IMG/VR virus record: IMGVR_UViG_3300028888_000009
DNA from: an uncultured virus (IMG/VR IMGVR_UViG_3300028888_000009)
Lineage: Duplodnaviria; Heunggongvirae; Uroviricota; Caudoviricetes
Reading direction: 5' to 3' (one strand)
DNA length: 64,000 bases
Shown: positions 1-10,100 of the stretch, one piece after another
Numbering within the stretch: position 1 is the stretch's first letter
How the letters are laid out: each line of letters begins with the position of its first letter
Program-made: the position numbers and the translations under genes
The notes under the pieces: model-generated
Database searches by the model: none
The model's input: only the letters and a program-made list of their open reading frames with translations
Told to the model about the DNA's origin: nothing

Positions 1-2843
1 CCTCGCAAGGTGTTCAGCCTGCCGTACTTCACTCCATCCCTGCTTCCATAAACGGCCATCTTCACGAAACTCATGTTGGCGAAGTGTGTGTATCTATGCA
101 ATGTCCTCACAAGCGTCTTGTACTCGTCAGTGCCGAAGCGGATAGGACGCGAAACGAGGTAGCCGTATTGGTACAGCTGCTTCGTGGCGTTCTCATTCAT
201 CACCTCCATGGTCTTATACAAGTAGCCATCGGTGTCTTGCAGATACATCTCCGTGTAGTTGTTCACGGCAGCGTGTATCGGCTTCACCTTCAGCAACGGA
301 TTGCTTCTGTCCTGTTGCGTGTTTGAAGGTATCTGATCCAACTGGCAGCTCGGCAGGTTGGTGTATACGATTTGCTTGCTCCACAATCCTGTCTTCATGT
401 CGAAGAGGTATTGGTAGTCCTTGTCGCTGCGCAACAACATCACACGGTTGTGTGCGTAGTCGTAGGCAAGGAATCCGCTGGCCGCAAAGTCAACGAATGC
501 TGTGTTGTCGCTCGTCCTTGTGATGAGATTCTGGAAAGCTCCTATGCGATAGTCTATGTCTGCCAACTCACGCATCGGATTGAAGTGTCTGCCTTCCATA
601 GCCTCGCTCACGCAACTGATTTTCGTGCCAGCAATGGCCATCACGCCACGCTGAGTGAGGAACATCAAGGTCTGCCCCGTCTGCACCAAGGTAGGCTGCG
701 ACAAACCCTGCGGCTCACGAAGCACATCGGCACTCACAGCCTGTATGCCACCCATCTTTCCCTCTCCGTCAATCATCACGGCGATGATGCCGTCCGAGCA
801 GAACACATAGACGGGATATTGACCCCATTGTGCGCTACTCACGTCAAGCATATTGGCCGCAATGCCTATCACCTTCGTCCTGCCGATGTCCTTGAAGTTG
901 GTGGCTGGGAAATGGAACGGATTGGCCACGCTGCTCATCGCTATCGTGTTCGACAGCGAGTAGTATCTCTCCATATCGGTTGATGGAGTCGGCAACGTCT
1001 CGTCGTATTCGGCAAACGAGGAGAACGCCTCCGACAAGCTCTTCATTTCTGGCATCAATGCGTATGCACCATGCAGCCCAGGGTGTTCGCTCATCGGTAT
1101 CCTCCTCACCGTAACAAGGTCGCTGATGATGGCTTCCTTGCAGTCGGGATCGGGATAGTATAGGTAATGGCCGAAGTCGTTTCTTCCGAGGTTGGCTCCA
1201 GTCCACGGCACATAGATGGTCTTCTCTGGCTTCTCTATCTTGAACATCACGACCAACTGCATGAATTGTTCTTTGTTGAATTGCTTCGTGTATGGATACC
1301 ACGATGGTGTCTGCAAGCTGATGTTGCCGAGGATGAGCCTTTGGTTGTAGTTGTAACTCGCACTGCCAGTCATACGGCTGCGGCTCACGTAGTCGTCAGG
1401 TAACGTAGGCAGAGTCTCAAGGCGTTCAAGCAAACCATATTCAACCTCTTGACCAAATCTTCTCTCTATTGCCCATGTATCAGATACCTCATTTAAATCA
1501 TAACTCTTTACTTTATAAAATATAGATGTATTCTTGACTTTTTCAATTATCTCTTGCTGCGAATACTCTGGTAAAGGTATTCTTCTATATTTTAGTACGG
1601 GGTAATCTGTTTCATCTGGTTGTATAGTATCATTATAAACAAAACTGTCTACTGAGTTCTCTGTAAAGATTTTCCACCAAGAAAACTTTGAGTTTTTGCT
1701 ATAACAATTACCGTAATCCTTAACTGTCGTATCTTCAACATAACCAGTGCCATTGTTTATTGTTTTCTTGAAAGTGTAAAAAGAATCTGGCACATTATTT
1801 ATATCGTCCCAATAGCTTTCGTTATAACTATATATAGGGCTTGACATAAAAATATCAACACCTTTAATTATATCTTCCCAATCACTCGGGTCTCCATCCA
1901 TAAAGCCATTACATTTTAGCAACAATTCCAAAGCTCTGAAACGAACTTCTTCTGCCATCACAGAATACTTATGAACATTATCGCTATCATCTAACAAATG
2001 GTCTGCGGAGTAACCCATAACAGCAAGCAATGGGCATTTCAATGTCGAAGGAACCATCAGCAATGGTGAAGAATGCATGGCGTAGTTTCCATCATACATT
2101 CTGATGGCATATCGAATCATAAACGGAAATACAAAAACATTGTTTTTCCTTGCGTTTGAAAGAACCGTTGCAACATGAGAGCGAACCCCATCGCGGAAAA
2201 GTTTCTTACTTTCAACAGAAGTGTTTGCCAATGGAATAGGAACGCTATTGTTTATATCGCCATCGCTTGCCCATGTAGCTTGCATCGCAACTCCACCACC
2301 TGCTGCATCATCGCCACTTGGGGTTAATGTTGTCGTTTTTGGTTCATATTCTTTAAGCCAATACCCTAATTCTTGCTTACTCGTTCTATTAAAGTCAAAC
2401 TCAAACACAGGCTGCGGCAGCTTGTCGCCCAGCCACTTGTACTGGCCGTTCTTATACAAGGCATAGTGCGTACTCTTGTCCGTGCCGATAATCAAGGTGT
2501 TGCCGATGGTCTCTGCCCACTTGATTTCCTGAAGCGGTATACCCCAACCAACGATGCCGTTAATCTTCACGTCATCACCATCCTCATCTTTCACATGGAT
2601 ATATGTGTTGACTCCGTTATACACGGCATAGACATACTTCTTGCCGCCAGTGATGTTATGCACCGCCACAAGCGTATCGTTGGTGTAGAATCCTCGCTTG
2701 TCCGTCTTCTCTGGCATCTCCAACGGCTTCAACTCCCCATTCTCATGGATGAGGTTCACGCATTCCAGCAAGTCACCGTCTTGCCCCGTAATGTCACTCG
2801 GCGTATGCCGCAATCCCTTGAATTGTACGTTCTGACGTGCCAT
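1..2843 (-). CDS. Tail stabilisation / nozzle-like virion protein (P22 gp10-like position), 3' end beyond the window
   Basis: Absent from the ORF track because there is no stop in the window. ATG at 2843 overlaps the portal stop (TAATG) and reads MARQNVQFKGLRHTPSDITGQDGDLLECVNLIHENGELKP. The frame was spot-checked open in the AT-rich middle (...LPTLPDDYVSRSRMTGSASYNYNQRLILGNI). Directly follows the portal. Confidence 0.7.
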   Translation of the reverse strand, partial: MARQNVQFKGLRHTPSDITGQDGDLLECVNLIHENGELKPLEMPEKTDKRGFYTNDTLVAVHNITGGKKYVYAVYNGVNTYIHVKDEDGDDVKINGIVGWGIPLQEIKWAETIGNTLIIGTDKSTHYALYKNGQYKWLGDKLPQPVFEFDFNRTSKQELGYWLKEYEPKTTTLTPSGDDAAGGGVAMQATWASDGDINNSVPIPLANTSVESKKLFRDGVRSHVATVLSNARKNNVFVFPFMIRYAIRMYDGNYAMHSSPLLMVPSTLKCPLLAVMGYSADHLLDDSDNVHKYSVMAEEVRFRALELLLKCNGFMDGDPSDWEDIIKGVDIFMSSPIYSYNESYWDDINNVPDSFYTFKKTINNGTGYVEDTTVKDYGNCYSKNSKFSWWKIFTENSVDSFVYNDTIQPDETDYPVLKYRRIPLPEYSQQEIIEKVKNTSIFYKVKSYDLNEVSDTWAIERRFGQEVEYGLLERLETLPTLPDDYVSRSRMTGSASYNYNQRLILGNISLQTPSWYPYTKQFNKEQFMQLVVMFKIEKPEKTIYVPWTGANLGRNDFGHYLYYPDPDCKEAIISDLVTVRRIPMSEHPGLHGAYALMPEMKSLSEAFSSFAEYDETLPTPSTDMERYYSLSNTIAMSSVANPFHFPATNFKDIGRTKVIGIAANMLDVSSAQWGQYPVYVFCSDGIIAVMIDGEGKMGGIQAVSADVLREPQGLSQPTLVQTGQTLMFLTQRGVMAIAGTKISCVSEAMEGRHFNPMRELADIDYRIGAFQNLITRTSDNTAFVDFAASGFLAYDYAHNRVMLLRSDKDYQYLFDMKTGLWSKQIVYTNLPSCQLDQIPSNTQQDRSNPLLKVKPIHAAVNNYTEMYLQDTDGYLYKTMEVMNENATKQLYQYGYLVSRPIRFGTDEYKTLVRTLHRYTHFANMSFVKMAVYGSRDGVKYGRLNTLR

Positions 2844-4909
2844 TATCCAACCATCTTGTTTCCGTTATACAAATCGTTGTTCAAGCCCATAGCCTGCTGC
2901 TGAGGCAATCCGTTCTGCAATGCGGCCAGTTGCTGCGCATCTGCGGCCTGCGCCTGCTGTGCGGCCTGCATAGCCGCCTCTTGCTCGGCAATGACACGCA
3001 ATGCTTTCTCCTTGAACTGCTGTGGCCAGTTGCCAACACTGAGGAGCGACTTGGCATCCATAGCACCTCTGGCGAATATCTGCATGGCCACCTCGTTACT
3101 TACTGTGGCTGCGGTCTCCATGTCATCGCTGTTGATGATGGTGATTTCATACTCCAAGTCCTCGACCAACGAGCGGTCATATCTCGCGGTCTGCAAGTCG
3201 CTGCCGTAGGTGTTGATGGGTCTGCCGTCCTCATAGAACTGGTTGAGGATTGACATCTTCTTGCCAGCCACCTGCTTCACGAACTCACGGAAGGCTTCAA
3301 GCACAGGAGTAAGCATCGTGCTGCTATTTGCGGCTTGTTGGGCATAGAGCGAACCGCTCTGACCGCTCAAGGCATCCTTGCCCTGCGCTGCACCATGCAC
3401 ACCACTGATGTCTTCCATCAAGCCAAGCTGCATCGAAAGTGCCGTGTCGATACCAACATTGGTAGAGGTGTTCGACACCTGACGCGGCAACTGACCGCCA
3501 CGGCGTGAGTCGTAGAACACCACACCATCCGGGTCGCCCCATTGCTGGCGCACCTCTTCGGGTGTCTGGTCGTCGCTGATGGCTCTCGTATCCATAAGCA
3601 ATGCACCCTTGGCCGTGCTACGGATAGCCACATCGTTCAAGGTGACGAGGCGGTTGATGTATTTTTGCTGCGGGATGACATCGTTGATATAGGAATGCAC
3701 CTCGCCATTCACATACGGATATTTCACGATGGTGATTGGGCAACCGCATTCATAAGGAGATACATACTCGTCAATGACAGTGCCGTAAGGTGTGAGGAAC
3801 TTCACATACCAATACACATCGGGGAACTCACCCGTGCCGTCAAAGTCACCCTCATCGCCAAACTGACCATAGTCAATGTAAGGCACTTCCTCATCGGGGA
3901 TGCCGAACTCAATGGCTTCCTTGCGCCTGCGCTCGTTCTCTTGCACCACCGTCAAGCCATCGTATTCCTCCAAGCCGAACTTGTCAACGCTCTCCACCTT
4001 GAAAGGCATTATGGGTCTCGCAGGGTCAACGCAGAGCCACATCGTCTTTATCTCCTTAGTCCATATCTCATAGAAACGCCAGTAGGCTCTGTCGTTGTTG
4101 CCGTAGAAGTCAAGATATTCAAGGCTGTTCTTCTCGTTGTTGTCAATGTCGGCTTCGTGCATGGCGTTATACATAATGTCGCCATAGTCATCCTTCACGG
4201 CTTCAAGGGTCTTCTTCTTGATGCGTGTGCCGAACTTATAGAGGAAGTCAATGGGCTTCACATCGTGGATGATACCGATAAGGCTGATGTCGTCCATCAG
4301 TGGGTCGTTCATCGTGCTTTCAACGGCCACCTTACGCGGGTCATAGAGTTTAGTCCTTGCATCGAACTTTCCATTCGGTGTGCGCTCATACGACTCACCC
4401 ATCACGGCAACGCCACGGATAAGGAAGTTTTCAAGCGCATTCGACAGCTGCGAACTCATCGCATTGTAGTTTCGCCTCCAGTTGGTCACAAGGGTGCGCG
4501 ACAGCATCTCTGCCGCCTCGCTGCTCTCTGCCGTGAACGGAAGGCAACGCGGCTCGCTCTTCTGCTTAAGGTACGAACCCTTCACAGCCGTAATCAGTCG
4601 GCGTGTCACATTGTTGGTCAACGGCACCTTACCCCTGCAAATGAGGTAGTCTCTCTCCGTCATCCACCTGCCGTCATAGAAGGTCATGTCACCCCATTGG
4701 TCGCCATACACGAACCTATGGCAGCGTTCACCCTCTTGGCGTACATACTCATCGTTGTTCCACGCCACCTCCATGCGGTGAAGCAGGTCTTTGTCCTTAC
4801 GGATGTCCTGTGCGTTCTTCCTACGCTCCGCAATGCTGTCGAAACGCTCTGCGTTCCTACGCTTCGGCATCACATCCGATTTCTTTCTATATGTCTTATT
4901 CGTAGCCAT
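2843..4909 (-). CDS. Portal protein (P22-like)
   Basis: About 688 aa from MATNKT. Shows YGDQW...PLTNNVTRRLI, PQQKYINRLVTL...SAKG-like, EDISGVHGAAQG and a Q/A-rich tail, as in P22-type podovirus portals. Confidence 0.85.
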   Translation of the reverse strand: MATNKTYRKKSDVMPKRRNAERFDSIAERRKNAQDIRKDKDLLHRMEVAWNNDEYVRQEGERCHRFVYGDQWGDMTFYDGRWMTERDYLICRGKVPLTNNVTRRLITAVKGSYLKQKSEPRCLPFTAESSEAAEMLSRTLVTNWRRNYNAMSSQLSNALENFLIRGVAVMGESYERTPNGKFDARTKLYDPRKVAVESTMNDPLMDDISLIGIIHDVKPIDFLYKFGTRIKKKTLEAVKDDYGDIMYNAMHEADIDNNEKNSLEYLDFYGNNDRAYWRFYEIWTKEIKTMWLCVDPARPIMPFKVESVDKFGLEEYDGLTVVQENERRRKEAIEFGIPDEEVPYIDYGQFGDEGDFDGTGEFPDVYWYVKFLTPYGTVIDEYVSPYECGCPITIVKYPYVNGEVHSYINDVIPQQKYINRLVTLNDVAIRSTAKGALLMDTRAISDDQTPEEVRQQWGDPDGVVFYDSRRGGQLPRQVSNTSTNVGIDTALSMQLGLMEDISGVHGAAQGKDALSGQSGSLYAQQAANSSTMLTPVLEAFREFVKQVAGKKMSILNQFYEDGRPINTYGSDLQTARYDRSLVEDLEYEITIINSDDMETAATVSNEVAMQIFARGAMDAKSLLSVGNWPQQFKEKALRVIAEQEAAMQAAQQAQAADAQQLAALQNGLPQQQAMGLNNDLYNGNKMVG

Positions 4910-4913
4910 ATCC

Positions 4914-5435
4914 TTAATAGGTTGTATTCCATGAACGATGCACCGCACCTTGCCTCAAGTCGCAAGTGTGCCTCAACTCATAGAGCAAGTCCTCCGACTT
5001 CTCCATCGAATAGGTGGTGTCGGCCATACTGACCTTCTCCAACCAATGTGCGATAACCATATAAACAAGGTAGTCCTCAATGCGCTTGCGCAACACACTC
5101 TCAAACTGACGCTTCCAGTTCTGCGGAAACGAAAGATATAATGTGTTGGTATACGCATCGGGATTGATGTCGCTGATGTCAACAACATAAGGCTCAATGC
5201 GTTTCACTATCCTCGCAAGGCCATCCTCGTAGAAGCCATCCATGATACCCGAATCTTGGCAGGCATCAAGCTCTGGCTGCATGTTGTTCACATACTGCGC
5301 ATTCTCTCCGTCATAACGTGCCTCTGCAATCTTGTTCAGAATGCTCACCGCCTTCTCAACAATGTCTTGCTTGTTGATTGTTATCTCAACCCCGATAGGC
5401 TCGGGCTTCCTGAATATACATCCGCATCCACTCAT
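4914..5435 (-). CDS. Ring/adaptor-like virion protein, paralog 4
   Basis: 173 aa; shares the C-terminal pattern L-x-(F/M)-P-x-x-W...Y-(L/V)...I-A-H-W-L with its neighbours; translationally coupled. Confidence 0.55.
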   Translation of the reverse strand: MSGCGCIFRKPEPIGVEITINKQDIVEKAVSILNKIAEARYDGENAQYVNNMQPELDACQDSGIMDGFYEDGLARIVKRIEPYVVDISDINPDAYTNTLYLSFPQNWKRQFESVLRKRIEDYLVYMVIAHWLEKVSMADTTYSMEKSEDLLYELRHTCDLRQGAVHRSWNTTY

Positions 5436-5890
5436 GGCTGTTTCTTTGCATAAAGTTCAACTCTAATATCCGTCTCGTCTTGCGGCAGGCGTGTCGTGAA
5501 GATGGTAGCCTCGGTTGGTGCAGTCACATTCAGCCAATCTGCCATCATGCCATCTTCCACATATCTGTCCACAGCCGCCTGCAACAACGTGTCCTTACTT
5601 GCCCATCGTGTAGGCATAGCCAATGTCACCGAAGGGTCACCCGTGGTGGCATCGTAATTGATGGTGCCGCTGATGAACTCACGCAACACATCAATTGCCT
5701 CTCTCGACCTCTTGATGAAGGAATCGGAAAGCACTTTGTCATCCACATTGTATGCGCCATGCTCCGACTGCGTGTTGAACACTTGCTTGTAGTTGGCATC
5801 ACCCTCTATGCTCTTGCCGTACTTCCATAGCAAAGTCTCCACGGTAGCCACCATGTTCGCCTTTGTAATCGTTATGTTGATGTTCGCCAT
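5432..5890 (-). CDS. Ring/adaptor-like virion protein, paralog 3
   Basis: Start at MANINIT (ATG 5890); LAMPTRW...GMMADWL motif. Confidence 0.55.
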   Translation of the reverse strand: MANINITITKANMVATVETLLWKYGKSIEGDANYKQVFNTQSEHGAYNVDDKVLSDSFIKRSREAIDVLREFISGTINYDATTGDPSVTLAMPTRWASKDTLLQAAVDRYVEDGMMADWLNVTAPTEATIFTTRLPQDETDIRVELYAKKQP

Positions 5891-5925
5891 AATTCTCAAT
5901 TATCAATTCTCAATTATCAATTCTC
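5891..5925. repeat. Five tandem heptamers AATT(C/A)TC filling an intergenic gap
   Basis: aattctc aattatc aattctc aattatc aattctc read directly. Confidence 0.9.
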
Positions 5926-5926
5926 A

Positions 5927-6394
5927 TTACGGCGCATTAAGCGCATAGATGATACTTTGTATTTGTGCCTTGTTCAACTCCGCCTGCTTCCTGTATGCGT
6001 TTGCTTGGTCGGGCTTCATATTCTCAAGCCAGTCGGCCATCATGCCGTTATGCACCAACTCAAGCATTGCATACTTCAAGCCAGGAGCAGAGTGGATAAC
6101 CCAATGCGAAGGCATCGTAAGCGTGATGGTGAACTCACTTGAATGAGATGCCGTTCCGTATGACGGCTCCGAAGCAAGATACTCGCTGATGATATACACA
6201 CCTTCCCACAAGTGCTTGTCAAACGAGGCATTCATCAAGTCGTTGTCGGCATTCTCCTCGTGGTCGGCCTGCAAGTTCCACACCTGCTTCACGCTGTTCG
6301 GCTGCTCAAGCATACGCCCCATCTTCCAAGCAGCCTGCTCAAAACGCTTGATAGCGTCAGTCTTGTTGATGGTAACTGTAACTGTCTGTGGCAT
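5927..6394 (-). CDS. Ring/adaptor-like virion protein, paralog 2
   Basis: 155 aa; LTMPSHW...GMMADWL motif. Confidence 0.55.
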   Translation of the reverse strand: MPQTVTVTINKTDAIKRFEQAAWKMGRMLEQPNSVKQVWNLQADHEENADNDLMNASFDKHLWEGVYIISEYLASEPSYGTASHSSEFTITLTMPSHWVIHSAPGLKYAMLELVHNGMMADWLENMKPDQANAYRKQAELNKAQIQSIIYALNAP

Positions 6395-6397
6395 GGC

Positions 6398-6874
6398 TTA
6401 TGCTTTCTTAAAAAACAACTTCCGTTCAGCGTTCTTCAACGCCTGCATCGCTTTCGCGGCGTAAAGTTCGGCTTCTCTCGGCAGACTCAACCCTAAAAAC
6501 TCCGAAATGACATAGTTGATGACGTATTCGATGCAGTCGTGGTCGAAACCATCACCGTTGCAATGGCACCACTTCTCCGAAAGGTTGAAGTAAAGCATCG
6601 TGGTCTTGTAGTCGTTGTCATCGTCATGCCCGGTCTCAAACGACTGCTGCACCATGCAGGCGTACTTGACAAAGGCCGAGCGAATGTTACTAACGGCGAT
6701 ATCAATCCATTGGTACACCATGCTGCGGTCATAGTCAAGGTCGGTCAGCTTCACGTTGTTGATAAGTTTGTCGGCTTGCCCATTGTCACGTGCCTTGCCG
6801 AACTTGAACGTCCGAGCCTCCACCTGATAGATGATGTCGGAGTTCTTTACCATTAAGATGTGTGTCTGTCTCAT
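6398..6874 (-). CDS. Ring/adaptor-like virion protein, paralog 1
   Basis: 158 aa; FNLSEKW...YVINYVISEFL...PREAELY motif. Confidence 0.5.
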   Translation of the reverse strand: MRQTHILMVKNSDIIYQVEARTFKFGKARDNGQADKLINNVKLTDLDYDRSMVYQWIDIAVSNIRSAFVKYACMVQQSFETGHDDDNDYKTTMLYFNLSEKWCHCNGDGFDHDCIEYVINYVISEFLGLSLPREAELYAAKAMQALKNAERKLFFKKA

Positions 6875-7131
6875 TTCTCTTGTGTCTTTTTAGCGTTTTC
6901 TATCTTCTGCATCCAAGCGGGCTTCTCCGTGCTTGCGGCTTCCGCTGCCTGCGTAGGCAATGCAGGGATAACCTTGTCGGCCAACTTGAAGTACAAGTTC
7001 ACTGCCTTGTCCCAGTTCTTCTCCTTGATGTAGGCGGCAAAGGCCGTCTCCATATCCTTGAAGTGTTCCGTGATGAAAGCCATGCCCCCGTCACGGAACG
7101 CATCTACCCTATTGTCACTTTTCTTTGCCAT
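6871..7131 (-). CDS. Hypothetical protein (small, helical)
   Basis: 86-aa ORF overlapping both neighbours in the operon. Confidence 0.55.
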   Translation of the reverse strand: MAKKSDNRVDAFRDGGMAFITEHFKDMETAFAAYIKEKNWDKAVNLYFKLADKVIPALPTQAAEAASTEKPAWMQKIENAKKTQEK

Positions 7132-10100
7132 TCTTTCTTGCGTTTTTCTCCTTGCTCTCTTGCTCCACCTCGTTCACGCGGTCGATAATGCGCTTCCGTA
7201 AGTCGCCAGAGTGTTCGTATTTGATTTGCTGAATCTCGTCAAGCATCTCCATCTTGCGCTCCGTGATGGAACTCCTGATTTCCTCAAGCTGCTCACGGTA
7301 TTCCTCGCTTCCGTCACTCGCTCCAGCAATCTTCTTGTATTCCTTCTCCATCGCGTCAATGCCAACGATACCCTTCTTGTTGCCAGCAAGGTCTTTGCCT
7401 GTCTTATACACGCTCACAAGGTTGGCAATCTCAAACTCCTCGGTCTGCGAGAACTGCGCGAACTCCATGGCATCCATATCATCCACATCATGCTTCACCT
7501 TCGGCAGCACATCGTAGGCGTTTCTGCCATACTCTCTCTGCACCGCTCCGATATAGCCTTGCTTCTTGCTGTCGAACATCATCGTGCGGATGAACGGAGC
7601 ATCTTGCAGCTGGAAGCCGTTGGTAAAGTAACGCAGCAGCTTGTCGCCCGACCTACCCATGCCGCCAAGAACGCCAGAGAACAGATGCTCTGCAATGGCA
7701 GGGTTGATGTCTATGTCGGTCTTCTCGTTGAGCCATCTGCTTGCATCAATAACCGATTGCGAAGTCTTGCCAGTGTAGGCCTTCTCCCATGCCGCATCGT
7801 ATTTGTTCCATTGGTTGTCCTTATACAAAGGCGAACCCGTGAAGTCCTCGTTGAACAACGACTCCCAAATAGGAGTGGTGAAGCTCGGCATAATGGTCTT
7901 CACCAAGCCAACACCCGGTTTGTTTCCACTTGCCACGCTGATAGGCGAAAGGTCAACGAACATATCGCCCCATTGCTCTGCCACGCTCCTACCCTTGTTC
8001 CATCCCATCTGCTGACGGAACCAGATGTTGCCAAGCGCATTGAACGGAGCCAACTCCTGCGACCACGGAATGCTGATAAACTTATGGTTGCCAACATAGA
8101 GAATCATATTGTGGTTGGCCGTGTACTCGGTCAGCTCCTCATACTTGCGCCAGTCATCATCGTCACCGCCAAGCATGGCAAACATCGCCATGTTCAGCCA
8201 AGGCAACACCGCACCACCAAGCATCATAGCCGCAATACCTGCGCTGAATCTGCCAGGATGTTCGGTGGCGAGTCTTCTCATCCTGTTGATACCCTGCATC
8301 GAGGCATTAAAGAACGAATACATGGCTCTCATGTTAGCTGCCAAGTCGCCACCACCCTTCACATTGAAGTTGACGGTCACATTCTTGGCTTCGTTGATGC
8401 TGCTCAACACCGACTCACCCTGCGCCCTCTGCTGGCAGTAGGCGGCAAAGCGGCTGATGTCCTCGCTGTATCTGCCAATCCACTCAATCAATCCTATGGT
8501 GTATTTCCTCACGCGGTTCTCACCGTCCTTGCTGCCGTTGAGCATGTGGCGAATCATGTCCTTCACCTCACCCTTTGCCTTCTCCGCATTCAAGGTGCGG
8601 GTGAAACCCGTCTCACCTCCGTTGTCAAGGAATTCGTTCCACCATTGTTCAAGTTGTGCGGCCTTCTGCTTACCAAGTGCCTTCACAAGACCACCATCCA
8701 TCTTGCCCGTGATGAGCAATCTCGGCAATGCCCAGCCAGCCTTCACGATGTCTCTTGCTGACTGCCACATCTTCTTGATACCGCCAGTGGTGTATGCACC
8801 GAACAACATCATACGGATGTCTCTCGCTGCGTTCTTGGGGCCAAAGGCAGGTGACCACGAAGTGTTGATAGCCGAATACCATCTTGTAACGGCTTGAATG
8901 CCCTGCATCACCTTATTAAGATGTTGTGCGTTCATTCTATTCATGGATTGCGCAACAAGCGGGTTGCCTGCTACATGCATCAACACACGCTGTCCGTCAA
9001 TGTAAGCCACCATCTCATGCTCCTTGGCTTGGTAGCGCAGTAGTTTCTTACCAACATCAATGCGGTTGTACTTGCGCTTTGCCTTTCCGTTGGCTTTCAG
9101 TTTCGCCATATCAGCATCAAACTGCTTCATGATGGCATCAATCTCATCAGCCGTGGCATCCTCTGGAATGTCGGGGTATTTCTCTTCCCAAGTGTTCGTG
9201 GCATCATTATACACATACCAAGGCTTCGTGACACGGAGCAAGTCGCTATTGGAGTTGACTGCGAGGTTGTAAATCTTCTGCATCACTTGGTTTTGGTTGC
9301 CGATGACGATGGAAGATTGCAGCATGCTCATCAGGTTGGCCAACGGATCGTCAGCCATACTCTTACGGCCTTTTGCCTTTTGGAAGATGTTTTGGAAGTG
9401 CGGAGACTGCGTAACATAGTCGAACAAGTCAGCAGCCGTACCCTCTGCGAAGCCTCTCAACGGCACATAGTATTTATGCCGTTTCTTCAAGTCCTCGAAG
9501 GTATCCTTGTCAATCATCCCACTCTCGTAGCTGATTTCAAGCATACGGTTGGTCAGCGCGTTCACGGTCTTCCAGAACTCTTTCACATCAATGCCAGCGG
9601 CCTTCATGGTGTCTTCCATATCCTTGACTGTCACCTCTGCAGCAGTCTTGTAGTCATCGGGATTGTAGCCAAGTCTTTCGGCTAAACCACGCAGGCCAGC
9701 ATAATCGCCTTCGTCCTTGCCCTGCTTCTTAAACCACTCATTGCGCTCCAATCCGTGCTTGGCAAGCATGTAGTTAGTTACCTTCTCATAGGCTTCGTCA
9801 AGCGAATATCCGTCAGCATCCTTGAGAGCCTTAATCACATCGGTCACCTGTTGCAACACAGGCACCATGTAGCTCAACTGCTCTCTGTCAATCTGCTGCC
9901 CGGTCTTCGATGTGAGTTGTGTGGCAAGTTCGTATGCCTTCTCGCTGTCACGCAACTTACGGCCAAGAGCCTTCTCGATAAGTTTCTGCATCTGCTCCAA
10001 CGGGCGCAAGCCGTCGAACATATCCCTTGCGAACTTCTCCCAGCCACGCTTCACGGCATTAACGCCACTCACATTGGCACCAGTCTCGCGGTTGTACTCG

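Noticed and set aside
6871..7131. Terminase small subunit
   Set aside because: Only a vague helical resemblance; no N-terminal DNA-binding motif and TerL is not adjacent.
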